Numbered from the stretch's first letter, positions 36,204-47,026 are shown. The stretch is DNA of 64,000 nt from an uncultured Clostridiaceae bacterium (GCA_964427595.1 CAYRUQ010000001.1:4690-68689); one strand, 5' to 3'. The notes: generated by a model from the letters alone, not told the origin. A program made the numbers and translations.

Positions 36204-39200
36204 ATGAAAAAACTATTTTCAGTAGTTTCTTTGTTGACTTGCCTTGGTATTGGAGGTTTTATTTCAACTTCCTCCACAGTAGATATCGGAGCAACGAGTG
36301 AGGGTGAAAAAACCTACATCGTCACTATTGATCAGGGCGTTAACTCAAGCAAGGCTGACAGCACTAGAAACAGGGTTCTCAACGAGATCAAGTATCATCT
36401 CCCGAACGGTTCATACACGATCGATTATGTCTATTCGGAAGTTTTGAATGGTTTCGCTATCACTACCGATTCTGTTTACGAAGAATACATCGGTTCTTTA
36501 ACTGGTGTCGCTTCAATCGAGGAAGAGCATCATTACGCAGTTCCTACTGCTACCACCAGCTCTACTGAGGGTGAGGAAGATAGCGATTATAAAGAAGAGA
36601 AACTTGAAAACTACTCAGCTGAGACTATGGAAGCCACAGAAGAGGATGTTCAAGCCGCTATTGCAGAGAGATTAGGTTCAAACGCTTCAGCCAGCGATCA
36701 AGATCCTCAACTCGGTAAAGGAATCACTATCGGTATCATCGATACTGGTCTTTATCTCAACCAAATTGATGGTTCTGATGAAAGAGATGCCGCAGAAAGC
36801 TCTAATGGTGATTTAAATGCCGCCGCTTTCCAAGACACTGATGATGTCACTGATGTTTTAACTACAGATTTCATCAATAGTGTCCAAAGTGACTTAGATG
36901 GAAATAGTTATAGCAGATACGGAAAGAAAATCGCTTTTGCCTATGACTATTATGGAAGTGACGCCGATGTTAATACTAGCTCTGAGCACGGAACTCACGT
37001 CGCTTCTTTAGCCGCAGCTAATGGTGATGATTTCCAGGGTATCGCTCCTAATGCTCAGTTAGCCATCATGAAAGTCTTCGATGATGCTGGATCTGGTGCT
37101 TATGATTCTGAAATCATCGCTGCTATTCAAGACGCTACTATCTTAGGACTTGATATCATCAACCTTTCATTAGGTACTGATTTATATGACTACGATGATG
37201 ACGCTTCTAACGCTGTTCATGCTGCTATTGATGATGCAGTTGATGCAGGTGTCATCGTCAACTATGCCGCTGGTAACTCTGGTAAATCCTCATTCTCCGG
37301 TACTAAGGGTTATTCAGATTGGACGACTGATATGGTTGAAGGGTCCTTCTTAGGTTCTGAAGCTTTATATGATGAGAAGACCAACATCGTCGCTTCTTCT
37401 AACCCTGACAAAGCTTTCTATGAATCTATCGTCACCGTCAATGGTAATGTCGTTTCTTACTATGATCAGGTCATCAATCGTACTGGTTCTACCTTATCTT
37501 ATGATGAACCTCATGCCTTCACTGACCTTCTTGGAGACGCTAGTGAAGGAACTTTCACTTATGTCCGTATGGACAGCATCGGAAACTCGGCTAGTTATCA
37601 AAGTTTCTATGATGCTTATAATACTGAAAACGACACAAATATCTCCTCACTTGATGCTATCGCTGATACTGTTATCGCTGTTATCAACCGTGGTGATACC
37701 ACCTTCCAAAACAAAGCTATCCTTGCTGAGAACAACGGAGCTGATGCTTTGATTGTTGTTAACAACGAACCTTCTGTCACCTTCAATTTCAACTTCGACT
37801 TCAACGATTACAATCCTAAGATTCCGATCATCTTAGTCTTCCAAAGCACCGGAGCTTACTTCGGTGATGATAATACTGTCGGAGAATTGACTATTCAAAC
37901 CAACCAAGCTGTTGAAGCTCCCGATGGAAACATCGTTTCTTCCTTCTCTTCTGATGGTCCTACCTATAACCTTGATATCGCTCCTGAAATCGCTGCTCCT
38001 GGTAACTCCGTCATCGGTGCTATCTCTGCTACCGACACTGGTTCTACCTCTGGTTTATATGGCTATGACAACCTTGATGGTACCTCCATGGCCACTCCTA
38101 ACTATTCTGGTGGTTTAGCTACCATCTTAAGTGAGTTCTTACCTTCTAATAGTGGTGAACTTGCTTTAAGCGACGAAGAATACGAAGAATACAAATCGAT
38201 AGTCTCTGAGATCGTCATGTCTAGTGCTGATCAACTCAATGACTCCACCGCTGATTCCTTAGGATCTGTCAGACTCCAAGGTGCTGGTGTCATAAACGTC
38301 GCTGATGCTATCGGTAACGCCACTTATGTCACCTCTGGTGCTGTTGATGATAGTCAAAGCACCGCTTCTTCCGAAGCTATCGTCACTACTAGCGAACAAG
38401 TCGCTAAAGTTGAACTTAAGAACAGAGGAAGTCTTTATCAAGAAGACCTCTCTGAAGACGAAGAAGCTTATATCGAATTCAGCTACACCATCCACAACGA
38501 TTCTGATGTTGATAAGACTTATCAACCTAATATCAACTTGATGATCCCTCAACTTCAAATTCAGGTCACACAAGCTGATTATGATTCTAGTTATGAAAAT
38601 GATCCTACTACCGTTGCTGATTATGCTGAGAACTTCCCTGGCGCTATCACGATGTCCATCAATGACCAGACTCTTGATGTGCCTGCTAATAACTGGGAAA
38701 CCGGTTCTGCTGAAGTGACTGTTTCTGCTAACAGCACTTACACTGGTAGTGTTAAGGTTCGTATTGATAACATCGAAGTTTATACCGAATTTGATACTTA
38801 CAATTCTGATGATGAGAAGGAAGTTGAAGACTTCAGTGGAACTCTCAGAGAATACTTCAACGAATACTTCGATGATGCTGGCGGAAGCTATGTTGAAGGT
38901 TACTTCTATCTTGAGGAAACCACCAGCGCTCATTCCGATTATGAAGTTTCTCACACCCTCTCTATGCCTTACTTAGGCTTCTATGGTGACTACACCAAGG
39001 GTGAAGCTGTTGAACCCTTCCAATTCGAGAAAGAAGATGGTCATCTTTATAACTCTGAATTAGCTGATGCTTATTTACAGAATCTCTCCTCTACTTACGC
39101 TAAGACTAACTGCTACACTGGTTCTACTTTGACTGCTACTGATCACGCTCTTACCACTTCTGAAATCTCTAACATCTCTAACCTCAATACCTCTGCTTAC

Positions 39201-40403
39201 CAAGATGGTTCTAATTATTTATCTGTCGTTCAATATGATGACGACGGCAATATGTATTTGAAAGCTGGTTCTTCTGCTGCTTCCTACCTTACCAGTGTCT
39301 TCTATGTCAACAGATCTGTATCTGAAGCTAGTTGGGAGATCACTTCTCAAAACGGAAGTAGAGCATCTAGCGGTACAATCTATGACATTTATTCCGGATA
39401 CCAACAAACTGGTATTGGTCTTGTTAAGTCTCACATCGTCGTCGGTTCTTCTGCTTATGCTATGCACCATGGTTATGCTTCAATCAACCTCAGCGATCTT
39501 GCTGAAGGAACTTACACGCTATCCTTTAACTTCACACTGAGAGGAACTGGAACCACTCAAACTAAGTCCTATACCTTAGTTATCGATAAGACTCCGCCTT
39601 CACTCACTTCTGTCAAATCTTCTTACAACTCTAGTGGTAGATTACAGCTCACTATCACTACTGAAGGGGGTGATGCTGGTATCACCTATAGTGGTATCAC
39701 TGTCGTTCCTACCAAGGTTGATGGTGAAGACGATCTCTATGAGACCACCATCACCTTGAGCGATCGTTTAGTTGAAGCTGAAACTTTGAACTTAACCATC
39801 ACCGACTCCGCTTATAACACGATCAATGTCATCGTCCACTTGTCGAATCTCAACTGTATCGTCTATGGAGAGAATGTGCCGTCATCGGCTGACTTCTTCT
39901 TGACGACAGTCAGTCAATCGGGCGGTGTCTATTTATACGACTTCGTCTTGACTGACTCTAGCGGTGATGACTTGACTAGCTTTAGCGACAAAGTCAATCT
40001 CCAACTCTATGTCGGAACTGGTCTTGACGCTGATTCACTCTATGTCTTGGTCAACAACGAAGACATCCCGGCTACTCAGTTCTCCTATGATGCTTCTACC
40101 GGTTATCTCACCATCTATGATGTTGAGTTAGACGAAGGTTACTGCAACATCACTCTCAACGCCAGCGTCTCAACACCTTCTGATACTGATGGTTCTGATG
40201 ACCCCAGCGTTGATGATCCTGGCACCGATGATCCTACGGATGAGGAGCCTACGACTCCTTCAGAAGATCCTAGCGACGAAACTCCTGAAGAATCTGAAGG
40301 CTTAGCCGCTTGGCAGATCGCTCTCATCGCTGTTGGAGCTGTTGTTGTTGTCGGAGCCGTTGCTGGTGTCACTATCTTCTTCCTTAAGAAGAAAAAAGCT
40401 TAA
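36204..40403 (+). CDS. Cell-envelope S8 subtilisin-family serine protease (PrtP/C5a-peptidase-like, with PA domain), C-terminal TM anchor
   Basis: 1399 aa. Signal peptide and an I9-like propeptide. Catalytic triad contexts IGIIDTG, HGTHVAS and GTSMATP. A PA-type insert (VINRGDTTFQNKAILAENNGADALIVVNNE) lies between His and Ser. The P/D/E/T-rich stalk leads to one TM helix and KKKKA; there is no LPXTG. Confidence 0.85.
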   Translation: MKKLFSVVSLLTCLGIGGFISTSSTVDIGATSEGEKTYIVTIDQGVNSSKADSTRNRVLNEIKYHLPNGSYTIDYVYSEVLNGFAITTDSVYEEYIGSLTGVASIEEEHHYAVPTATTSSTEGEEDSDYKEEKLENYSAETMEATEEDVQAAIAERLGSNASASDQDPQLGKGITIGIIDTGLYLNQIDGSDERDAAESSNGDLNAAAFQDTDDVTDVLTTDFINSVQSDLDGNSYSRYGKKIAFAYDYYGSDADVNTSSEHGTHVASLAAANGDDFQGIAPNAQLAIMKVFDDAGSGAYDSEIIAAIQDATILGLDIINLSLGTDLYDYDDDASNAVHAAIDDAVDAGVIVNYAAGNSGKSSFSGTKGYSDWTTDMVEGSFLGSEALYDEKTNIVASSNPDKAFYESIVTVNGNVVSYYDQVINRTGSTLSYDEPHAFTDLLGDASEGTFTYVRMDSIGNSASYQSFYDAYNTENDTNISSLDAIADTVIAVINRGDTTFQNKAILAENNGADALIVVNNEPSVTFNFNFDFNDYNPKIPIILVFQSTGAYFGDDNTVGELTIQTNQAVEAPDGNIVSSFSSDGPTYNLDIAPEIAAPGNSVIGAISATDTGSTSGLYGYDNLDGTSMATPNYSGGLATILSEFLPSNSGELALSDEEYEEYKSIVSEIVMSSADQLNDSTADSLGSVRLQGAGVINVADAIGNATYVTSGAVDDSQSTASSEAIVTTSEQVAKVELKNRGSLYQEDLSEDEEAYIEFSYTIHNDSDVDKTYQPNINLMIPQLQIQVTQADYDSSYENDPTTVADYAENFPGAITMSINDQTLDVPANNWETGSAEVTVSANSTYTGSVKVRIDNIEVYTEFDTYNSDDEKEVEDFSGTLREYFNEYFDDAGGSYVEGYFYLEETTSAHSDYEVSHTLSMPYLGFYGDYTKGEAVEPFQFEKEDGHLYNSELADAYLQNLSSTYAKTNCYTGSTLTATDHALTTSEISNISNLNTSAYQDGSNYLSVVQYDDDGNMYLKAGSSAASYLTSVFYVNRSVSEASWEITSQNGSRASSGTIYDIYSGYQQTGIGLVKSHIVVGSSAYAMHHGYASINLSDLAEGTYTLSFNFTLRGTGTTQTKSYTLVIDKTPPSLTSVKSSYNSSGRLQLTITTEGGDAGITYSGITVVPTKVDGEDDLYETTITLSDRLVEAETLNLTITDSAYNTINVIVHLSNLNCIVYGENVPSSADFFLTTVSQSGGVYLYDFVLTDSSGDDLTSFSDKVNLQLYVGTGLDADSLYVLVNNEDIPATQFSYDASTGYLTIYDVELDEGYCNITLNASVSTPSDTDGSDDPSVDDPGTDDPTDEEPTTPSEDPSDETPEESEGLAAWQIALIAVGAVVVVGAVAGVTIFFLKKKKA

Positions 40404-40429
40404 TAAGAAGTTGTTATCTTAGTGCAAAC

Positions 40430-40463
40430 AAAAGCCCCGGTTTAAAATAGGCCGGGGCATTTG
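40430..40463 (+). terminator. Stem-loop GCCCCGG-N11-CCGGGGC after the protease gene
   Basis: Perfect 7-bp GC-rich stem. The downstream T-tract is weak (ATTTG). Confidence 0.5.
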
Positions 40464-40493
40464 CACTATAATCTAGAAGAAAGTATAGAATAA

Positions 40494-40877
40494 ATGCTAT
40501 TATTACCAGAGGCCAAGAAAGAAATTATTTGTTGGAGTGTCGTTGTCGCAATACCCGTGATAGTCATCCCACCCGTCTATCTCTGCACCGATTTCTATCT
40601 GAGTAATTGCTTCGTTATCATCGGCGTCATCTACTTAGCGTTTGCTGCTCTCTGGGCCGTGGCTCGTCAAGGTGTATTCGATATCTTTACATATCAATTC
40701 GCCAACTGGGCGTCTTCGTTTCGAAGAGGATCGCCTAAACGATATCGAGACTTGATACAGTATAAAGAAATCAAAAATGACAAGAGAATCACTCGAAGGA
40801 TGATATGGTTACCATTTGTCTCAGTAGGAGCTCTCTTTGTCATCATCTCGATAATATTAGCGGTTTATATGATCTGA
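40494..40877 (+). CDS. DUF3899-like small membrane protein
   Basis: 127 aa. Two N-terminal TM helices, FDIFTYQFANW...YRDLIQYKE in the middle, and one C-terminal TM helix. Confidence 0.55.
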   Translation: MLLLPEAKKEIICWSVVVAIPVIVIPPVYLCTDFYLSNCFVIIGVIYLAFAALWAVARQGVFDIFTYQFANWASSFRRGSPKRYRDLIQYKEIKNDKRITRRMIWLPFVSVGALFVIISIILAVYMI

Positions 40878-40905
40878 TTGATACGCAAAAAGGAGGTATG
40901 AATCC

Positions 40906-43893
40906 ATGAGGAAAACAGCTAGACTAATCGCACTCTTCGGTATCGGATGCATCGGCATCTTGGCCGGATGCTCTAATACGGACTCTTCTACTAGTCCGAC
41001 TAGTAGTGTTGGCAGTACGAATACCAGTTCCAGCACTGTAGTTTCAAACGATTTTTATGTTTCATATAAAGGTGAAGAAGTTTTAAGCGGTGCAAGTTAC
41101 ACTATCGATGTCGACGATCCGGTCGCTCGTTTGACATGCTATAACCTTGAAACAGGTGCTGATGTCACTAGCACTACCGCTAGCTTCTCTTCTAGCAACA
41201 GCAGTGTTTTGACTGTTGATGCTAATGGTATGCTCACCGCACTCACACCTGGTTCAGCTACTATCACAGTCACATCATCTTCGTCAGCTGAATATTCTTT
41301 AGAAATCAATTTCACCGTCCAAAACACGACTGTGGCATCTGGTGTCAACTCTTATTCAACAGTTGACTATGATGAGAAAGCTAACATCTTAGGTGTTCTT
41401 GAAAATTATGCGGTCGATAACTATCTCACTGGTATCACTTTATTCTCAAACGGCGGTTATGTTGTTTATAACTCCCGTTATCAACCTACTCCTACCGAAT
41501 ATGTCTCCGGGTATGGCTGGGGAACGATGAGAGAGGGAAGATTATCTGGTGACATCTCCAATCCTGCTGAAGGACATGATGCTAGCTATTATCAAGTCGG
41601 AACCACCGCTGTCGCTAGCCACGCTAACGCTATGGATGCTTCTGGTTCTGATGTCTCTGATATAGCTAGTTACTTCACCACTTCTTATTTCTCCAACAGA
41701 CTTAATGCGACTAGTGATGGATATGAGTGGTATCCTTCCTTATCCACCGATGATCGCCCGGTCGCTGTTGATGATGATGGAAACGTCATCTCCAGCAACT
41801 ACAATCGTAGATGGAGAATTCATTTAAGAACCGCTTCTAACGGAGATAATGTTCCTGTTTATAGAACCGCTTCTACCGTCACTAATTACAACGGATATAA
41901 CATCTCTGCTCTTGATGGAAAAGAGGTTGAACTCTCTGATTATTTGACTCCTTTCAAGTTCATGCTCACCGCTTATAACGGTCAGTATCGTGGTTCTGAG
42001 CTCACTGATGGTGTCTCTGGTTTCTCTGGTGCTGCTTCTTACTACAACTCCACCACTGATGATCCCGGAGATGGTTCCATCTATGATGAGGAAGCTTGGG
42101 CTAACTTGATGGGTGATGAAGAGACTGGTTTATTACCTAACGGAGAGAGAGGAAATATCATCGTTGGGACTGATGATCAAGGTGATTACATCGAATTTAA
42201 TCTCCTTTATCCTTGCACCGAGTTCTATGCTATGTACTATCTCTCTTCCTCTTTATATTCTCCTCTTCCTCTCGATTATGTTGAAGCTATCGGCGCTGAT
42301 TATTTAGGTGCCTTCCCTAACAACTACACCCCTGTTGACACGATGGTCTACACCGGTCCTTATTATGTTGAACAATGGGATAACGCTTCTTATATCAAAT
42401 TAACTAGAAACGATCAGTACTACGAATATATCGAAGGCTATTCGATGAGTGATGGAAACACCACTTGGCCTTATCAGATCCCTGGTTTTGAATTCACTTA
42501 TTATGAATCAAGTAACTTACAGAACCTCTTTGAGACTGGTACTATCGATTCTTATTCACCTTCCGCTGATATCTTAAACACCACTTATAACACTGATAAC
42601 GGAACCACTAGCTCCGGTGTCTCTTGGAACAAGTATCAGACTCAAGGTGATGCCAACTTCAAGATCAATGTCAACTCCACCACCGCTGAACAATGGGATT
42701 CTTACTTCGGTGTCAACGGTTCTGTCACTGCTCACGATTCCGCCACTTCTGCTGAGTGGATTGAAGAGAGAGAAGCGAGAGCTTATCTCAGTGATAAGAA
42801 CTTCCTCGACTTTTTAAGCTTCGCTTTGGATCGTGAAACTATCTGTACTAGCCGTGGAACCCAACCTACTCAAGATTACTTCTCTGACAACTACTTAATC
42901 GATCCTGAAAATGGTATTTCTTATAACTCCACTGATGCTCACGCTGCTGTCTTAGCTGATCGTCATAATGACACTTATGGTTATAGTCCTGATGATGCTA
43001 AAGCATCTCTTGAAGAAGCTATGTGGGATACTATCATCCCTCTCGCTCAAGAAGGACTTCTTCCCGCTACCGGTACCGGTATCGCTGGAACCTCTTCTAA
43101 CCCTTATCTCGTTCAGATTGATATGAACTGGATGAACACCACCGATGTCAGTGATTATGGTGATGTCTTCAATTCAATCGAGAACGCTTTTGAAGAGTTA
43201 ATCAATGAAGAATTCGCTGGCGCTTATAAGCTTGAAATTAATCAGATCAATGGTACTTCTAACTATCAAGATGTCTACGACATGATGAAAGAAGGTACTT
43301 ATGATCTCGGTTTTGGTGCCATCTCTGGTGGAGATCTTAACCCTATCAACTTCTTCGAAGTCTTAAAGAGTGATAACTCTTCTGGTTTCACCCTCAACTG
43401 GGGTGCTGATACCAGCAAAGTCTCTTCTGATATTGTTTATGATGGCCACACCTGGTCTTTCGATGGACTTTGGCAAGCTGCCGATTCAGCTGCTTTGTTA
43501 ACTTCTGATGGTGAATTTGCTGAAGCTTCCAATGTCTCTACTGGCAACACTACTTCCAGTGTCGCTTATGAGAGCATCAACAACTCCGATATGTCCGTCA
43601 CCTATCGTATTTCCTTTAAAGATCTCGTCAACGCTGGTGCTAAATCACTCTCTGTCACTTGGACAAATGGTGACACCTCTGACTCTTACACTAACGCTGA
43701 ACTTGAAGCTCTCTGGGATTCAGATTATGAGGTTGACATCACTATCGATAATAGCTTCAACACCTATAGAAACGTCACTTTACGTGTCAGTTTCACCATC
43801 ACTATCACCGATACTAGTGGTGATGCTTATGATACCGAAACCTCTTCTTCTATCTCACTGCTCTCTTACTACGGCATCACTGGTAATAACTGA
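40906..43893 (+). CDS. oppA: Oligopeptide ABC transporter substrate-binding lipoprotein (SBP family 5) with N-terminal Big_2 Ig-like domain and C-terminal extension
   Basis: 995 aa. Lipobox ILAGC. Big_2-like segment (VLTVDANGMLTALTPGSATITVTS). SBP5-like WRIHLR... and GPYYVEQWDNASYIKLTRNDQYYE. First gene of the opp operon. Confidence 0.7.
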   Translation: MRKTARLIALFGIGCIGILAGCSNTDSSTSPTSSVGSTNTSSSTVVSNDFYVSYKGEEVLSGASYTIDVDDPVARLTCYNLETGADVTSTTASFSSSNSSVLTVDANGMLTALTPGSATITVTSSSSAEYSLEINFTVQNTTVASGVNSYSTVDYDEKANILGVLENYAVDNYLTGITLFSNGGYVVYNSRYQPTPTEYVSGYGWGTMREGRLSGDISNPAEGHDASYYQVGTTAVASHANAMDASGSDVSDIASYFTTSYFSNRLNATSDGYEWYPSLSTDDRPVAVDDDGNVISSNYNRRWRIHLRTASNGDNVPVYRTASTVTNYNGYNISALDGKEVELSDYLTPFKFMLTAYNGQYRGSELTDGVSGFSGAASYYNSTTDDPGDGSIYDEEAWANLMGDEETGLLPNGERGNIIVGTDDQGDYIEFNLLYPCTEFYAMYYLSSSLYSPLPLDYVEAIGADYLGAFPNNYTPVDTMVYTGPYYVEQWDNASYIKLTRNDQYYEYIEGYSMSDGNTTWPYQIPGFEFTYYESSNLQNLFETGTIDSYSPSADILNTTYNTDNGTTSSGVSWNKYQTQGDANFKINVNSTTAEQWDSYFGVNGSVTAHDSATSAEWIEEREARAYLSDKNFLDFLSFALDRETICTSRGTQPTQDYFSDNYLIDPENGISYNSTDAHAAVLADRHNDTYGYSPDDAKASLEEAMWDTIIPLAQEGLLPATGTGIAGTSSNPYLVQIDMNWMNTTDVSDYGDVFNSIENAFEELINEEFAGAYKLEINQINGTSNYQDVYDMMKEGTYDLGFGAISGGDLNPINFFEVLKSDNSSGFTLNWGADTSKVSSDIVYDGHTWSFDGLWQAADSAALLTSDGEFAEASNVSTGNTTSSVAYESINNSDMSVTYRISFKDLVNAGAKSLSVTWTNGDTSDSYTNAELEALWDSDYEVDITIDNSFNTYRNVTLRVSFTITITDTSGDAYDTETSSSISLLSYYGITGNN

Positions 43894-43924
43894 TAGTTAT
43901 CAGTGATCGAGTGGAACTTTCCCA

Positions 43925-44977
43925 ATGCCTTACTTACTCAAATACACGATAAAAAGAGTCATACTCCTTCTCATCACCGCTTTCGTCATCATAAGTTTGA
44001 CTTTCTTCTTGGCTAAACTTCTTCCTGATGCGGCTATCAGTGGTAACACAGTTGCTCAGAATGCATTTTGTCAAGATCAAGTCAGCAAAGGATATTACAT
44101 CGCTTTCCATGAAGAGATGTCTCAGTATGGCTCGACGATCATATCTCCTTATACTGACCCGACTGGTTTGGTTTGGTACTACTATAAGAAACCTTTAATC
44201 CAACAATATTTTGCTTGGATCAGTGGTATTTTCACTAGCTTTGAATGGGGAACTTCTTCAGCTGTTCAAATCGGTACTGATTCTATCTATTTGATCGGTC
44301 AATGCTTAGTTCCTACCATCTTGATCAATATCTTTGCTTTGATTATCTCGATGCCTTTGGGTTTCGCTTTCGGTATCTTAGCTGCTCTTAAGAAAAACAA
44401 ACCGACTGATCATGTCATCTCGACAGTGGTCATGTTATTCATCTCTGTCCCTTCATTCGTCGTCATCTCTATCTTGATGTTAGTTTTAGCTTATAACACC
44501 GGATGGCTTCCTTCTTCATGGCCGATCAAAGGTTCATCGATATCGGCTTATGCGAGAGCGATGGTCATCCCAGTCTTATCACTCTGCTTCGGAACGATCG
44601 CTGTCTTCACCAGATACACGAGAGCCGAGCTTTGTGAAGTTATGTCTTCTGAGTTCTTGCTTTTAGCTAGAACAAAAGGTTTAAACAAGAGACAATGCGT
44701 CATCAGACACGCCTTGAGAAACTCGATGGTTCCTTTAGTCCCGATGATCATCGGACAATTCATCGGTATCTTAGGTGGTTCTGTCGTCCTTGAACAACTT
44801 TATGGCATCAACGGCATCGGTCAACTTTATGTCAAAGCTATCACCTCTCGTGATTACAACGTCTTATTAGCTGATATGGCTATCTTCACTTTGATTAGCT
44901 TGGTCGCTTCACTTTTAGTTGATCTTGCCTACGGTATCGTCGATCCTCGAATTAGAATGGGAGAAAAAGCATCATGA
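43925..44977 (+). CDS. oppB: Oligopeptide ABC transporter permease
   Basis: 350 aa. EAA-loop region LLARTKGLNKRQCVIRHALRNSMVPLV. Confidence 0.85.
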   Translation: MPYLLKYTIKRVILLLITAFVIISLTFFLAKLLPDAAISGNTVAQNAFCQDQVSKGYYIAFHEEMSQYGSTIISPYTDPTGLVWYYYKKPLIQQYFAWISGIFTSFEWGTSSAVQIGTDSIYLIGQCLVPTILINIFALIISMPLGFAFGILAALKKNKPTDHVISTVVMLFISVPSFVVISILMLVLAYNTGWLPSSWPIKGSSISAYARAMVIPVLSLCFGTIAVFTRYTRAELCEVMSSEFLLLARTKGLNKRQCVIRHALRNSMVPLVPMIIGQFIGILGGSVVLEQLYGINGIGQLYVKAITSRDYNVLLADMAIFTLISLVASLLVDLAYGIVDPRIRMGEKAS

Positions 44978-47025
44978 ACGATGAAAACTTAAATAACCAG
45001 TTCGAGGAAGAACAAGATTTTAAACTCGTCCCCGCCAATAGCGAAGCTGATAGCGCTGATGGCAAAAAGATCTCAGACGAGGATTTTAAGTTCGTCCAAC
45101 AAGACGAAGATATTCACGATACAAAGTTCAACACCAAGCCCACCACTTTCTTCCGTGATGCTATGCGTCGTTTTGCCAAGAATAAATCTTCGGTTGTCGG
45201 AGCTATCATTTTAGGAATTCTTTTCATCTTGGCTATCATCTTACCTATCGATGGTGTCATTCCTTATGAGATTGATACTCAGGCTGCCACTTTAAACTAC
45301 GAAACTAATTTACCTCCTAAATTATTTGCTACTGGTACTGGTTTTTGGGATGGCACTTCTACTTTGACCAACCAAGCTTATCCTTACGACGATGATGGAA
45401 ATTACACCGGACTTGGTGGATCAGATGCCTGTATCGTTGAAATCGGAGAAGCTTACGAAGGATATGGAGACTCCTATTCTTCCGATGGTAAAGGTGGTTA
45501 TGCCACTGTCACTAGAGATGTTGATAGTGCTGAAAACAACGGATTCGGTTATATGTACTCCGTCTCTTACACCTATGATTTTGAGTCTAATGATTATGAC
45601 ATCACTTTCACTTTAGGCTGGAAAGAAGATGAAGATTTTACCCAACCTGATTTTGATGTTCTCTTATACGTTCCTTCTACATCCTCTTATTATTCTTTGA
45701 CCGATTATTCTCTTGAGTATGGATCAGTAGCTGTTCAACCTGAAGACGGAGCTTCTGTCTACGAGTATGAAAGCCAGTCTTATTCATTAAATGAGCTGAT
45801 TGAAGCTAATGAGACTCTCCAAGAGGATTTCAACGGAGACTTCAGTTCAGTCACCGCTTGTGTCGGTTTGATGTTTAAAGCTGATGTCGATTATAAGACA
45901 GCTATCTATGTCAAAGACTTCACAATCACCAGTTCTAGTGCCTCGACAGTCGAACAGACTCAGATGGGGTATAGATCATTCACCGATGCTAACAATTTAG
46001 TCGGTCAATCAAGAACTTCTGGTGGAACTACTAACCCTAGATATTGGGCTAATAACTCCTCTGATCGTTTCGCACCGACTGATGTCCGTGTCACCCGTTA
46101 TACGATCACTTACGATATGTATGAAGTCAAATATGGGGTTAATACACTCACGATCGCTAAATCAGTCATCACCTCTTGGGTGGAGGCTGGATTAGTCGAA
46201 TATACGGACGGAGATCCCACTTCTTATAAGAAGACAGAAGCTGGTGAAAATGACAATTCTGTCTATGTAGAGTCAATCAACACTGATGGAGGTAGCACGC
46301 TTAGCGTCAACGCCATCATTTGGAAATATCTCGGATACGATTCGATGCCTATTCATATCTTTGGTACCGATAGCAAAGGTAGAGATATGCTCAAGTATGT
46401 CTTTGCTGGTTTGAGGTACTCATTGATACTAGGTATCATCGTCGCTTTGATCAACGTCCTTATCGGTGTCATCTGGGGTTCTATCTCCGGTTACTTCGGT
46501 GGAAAAGTCGATTTGATCATGGAGAGATTCGTCGATATCCTCTCTGGTATACCTTGGATCGTTTTGATGACAGTCCTATGTATCAAACTAGGTCAAACGT
46601 TCTTCGTCTTCGCACTTGCACTATGTCTAACCGGGTGGATAGGAACAGAATCGGTGACAAGGTCACAGTTCTACCGGTATAAGGGGCGAGAGTACGTGCT
46701 AGCGGCTAGGACGCTAGGTGCTAAAGCCCCACGATTGATATTCAGGCACATCCTACCCAATGCGATGGGTACGATCATCACTAACTGCGTGTTGATGGTT
46801 CCTTCAACGATATTCAGTGAGGCGACGATCTCTTATTTAGGTCTCGGTCTCTCTGGTCTGTCGTCTTTAGGTGTCATCCTCTCGGATAACCAACAATATC
46901 TATCGACCTATCCGTATCAAGTCATTCTGCCAGCTGTCATCATCTCGCTATTGATGATTTGCTTCAACTTGTTTGGAAACGGTCTAAGAGACGCATTCAA
47001 CCCGTCACTGAAAGGATCTGATTAG
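44974..47025 (+). CDS. oppC: Oligopeptide ABC transporter permease with an extracytoplasmic insertion of about 390 aa
   Basis: 683 aa. TM1 at about aa 72-92. The conserved permease core starts only near aa 480 (ARTLGAKAPRLIFRHILPNAMGTI). ATGA overlap with oppB. Confidence 0.85.
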   Translation: MNDENLNNQFEEEQDFKLVPANSEADSADGKKISDEDFKFVQQDEDIHDTKFNTKPTTFFRDAMRRFAKNKSSVVGAIILGILFILAIILPIDGVIPYEIDTQAATLNYETNLPPKLFATGTGFWDGTSTLTNQAYPYDDDGNYTGLGGSDACIVEIGEAYEGYGDSYSSDGKGGYATVTRDVDSAENNGFGYMYSVSYTYDFESNDYDITFTLGWKEDEDFTQPDFDVLLYVPSTSSYYSLTDYSLEYGSVAVQPEDGASVYEYESQSYSLNELIEANETLQEDFNGDFSSVTACVGLMFKADVDYKTAIYVKDFTITSSSASTVEQTQMGYRSFTDANNLVGQSRTSGGTTNPRYWANNSSDRFAPTDVRVTRYTITYDMYEVKYGVNTLTIAKSVITSWVEAGLVEYTDGDPTSYKKTEAGENDNSVYVESINTDGGSTLSVNAIIWKYLGYDSMPIHIFGTDSKGRDMLKYVFAGLRYSLILGIIVALINVLIGVIWGSISGYFGGKVDLIMERFVDILSGIPWIVLMTVLCIKLGQTFFVFALALCLTGWIGTESVTRSQFYRYKGREYVLAARTLGAKAPRLIFRHILPNAMGTIITNCVLMVPSTIFSEATISYLGLGLSGLSSLGVILSDNQQYLSTYPYQVILPAVIISLLMICFNLFGNGLRDAFNPSLKGSD

Positions 47026-47026
47026 T

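Noticed and set aside
38259-38954. 231-aa ORF antisense to the S8 protease gene, and many other 60-130-aa ORFs inside the big lipoprotein, protease and opp genes
   Set aside because: They are fully embedded in, or antisense to, long ORFs with clear conserved motifs. Their sequences are low-complexity, they have no RBS, and they fit the stop-poor frames expected from biased codon usage.
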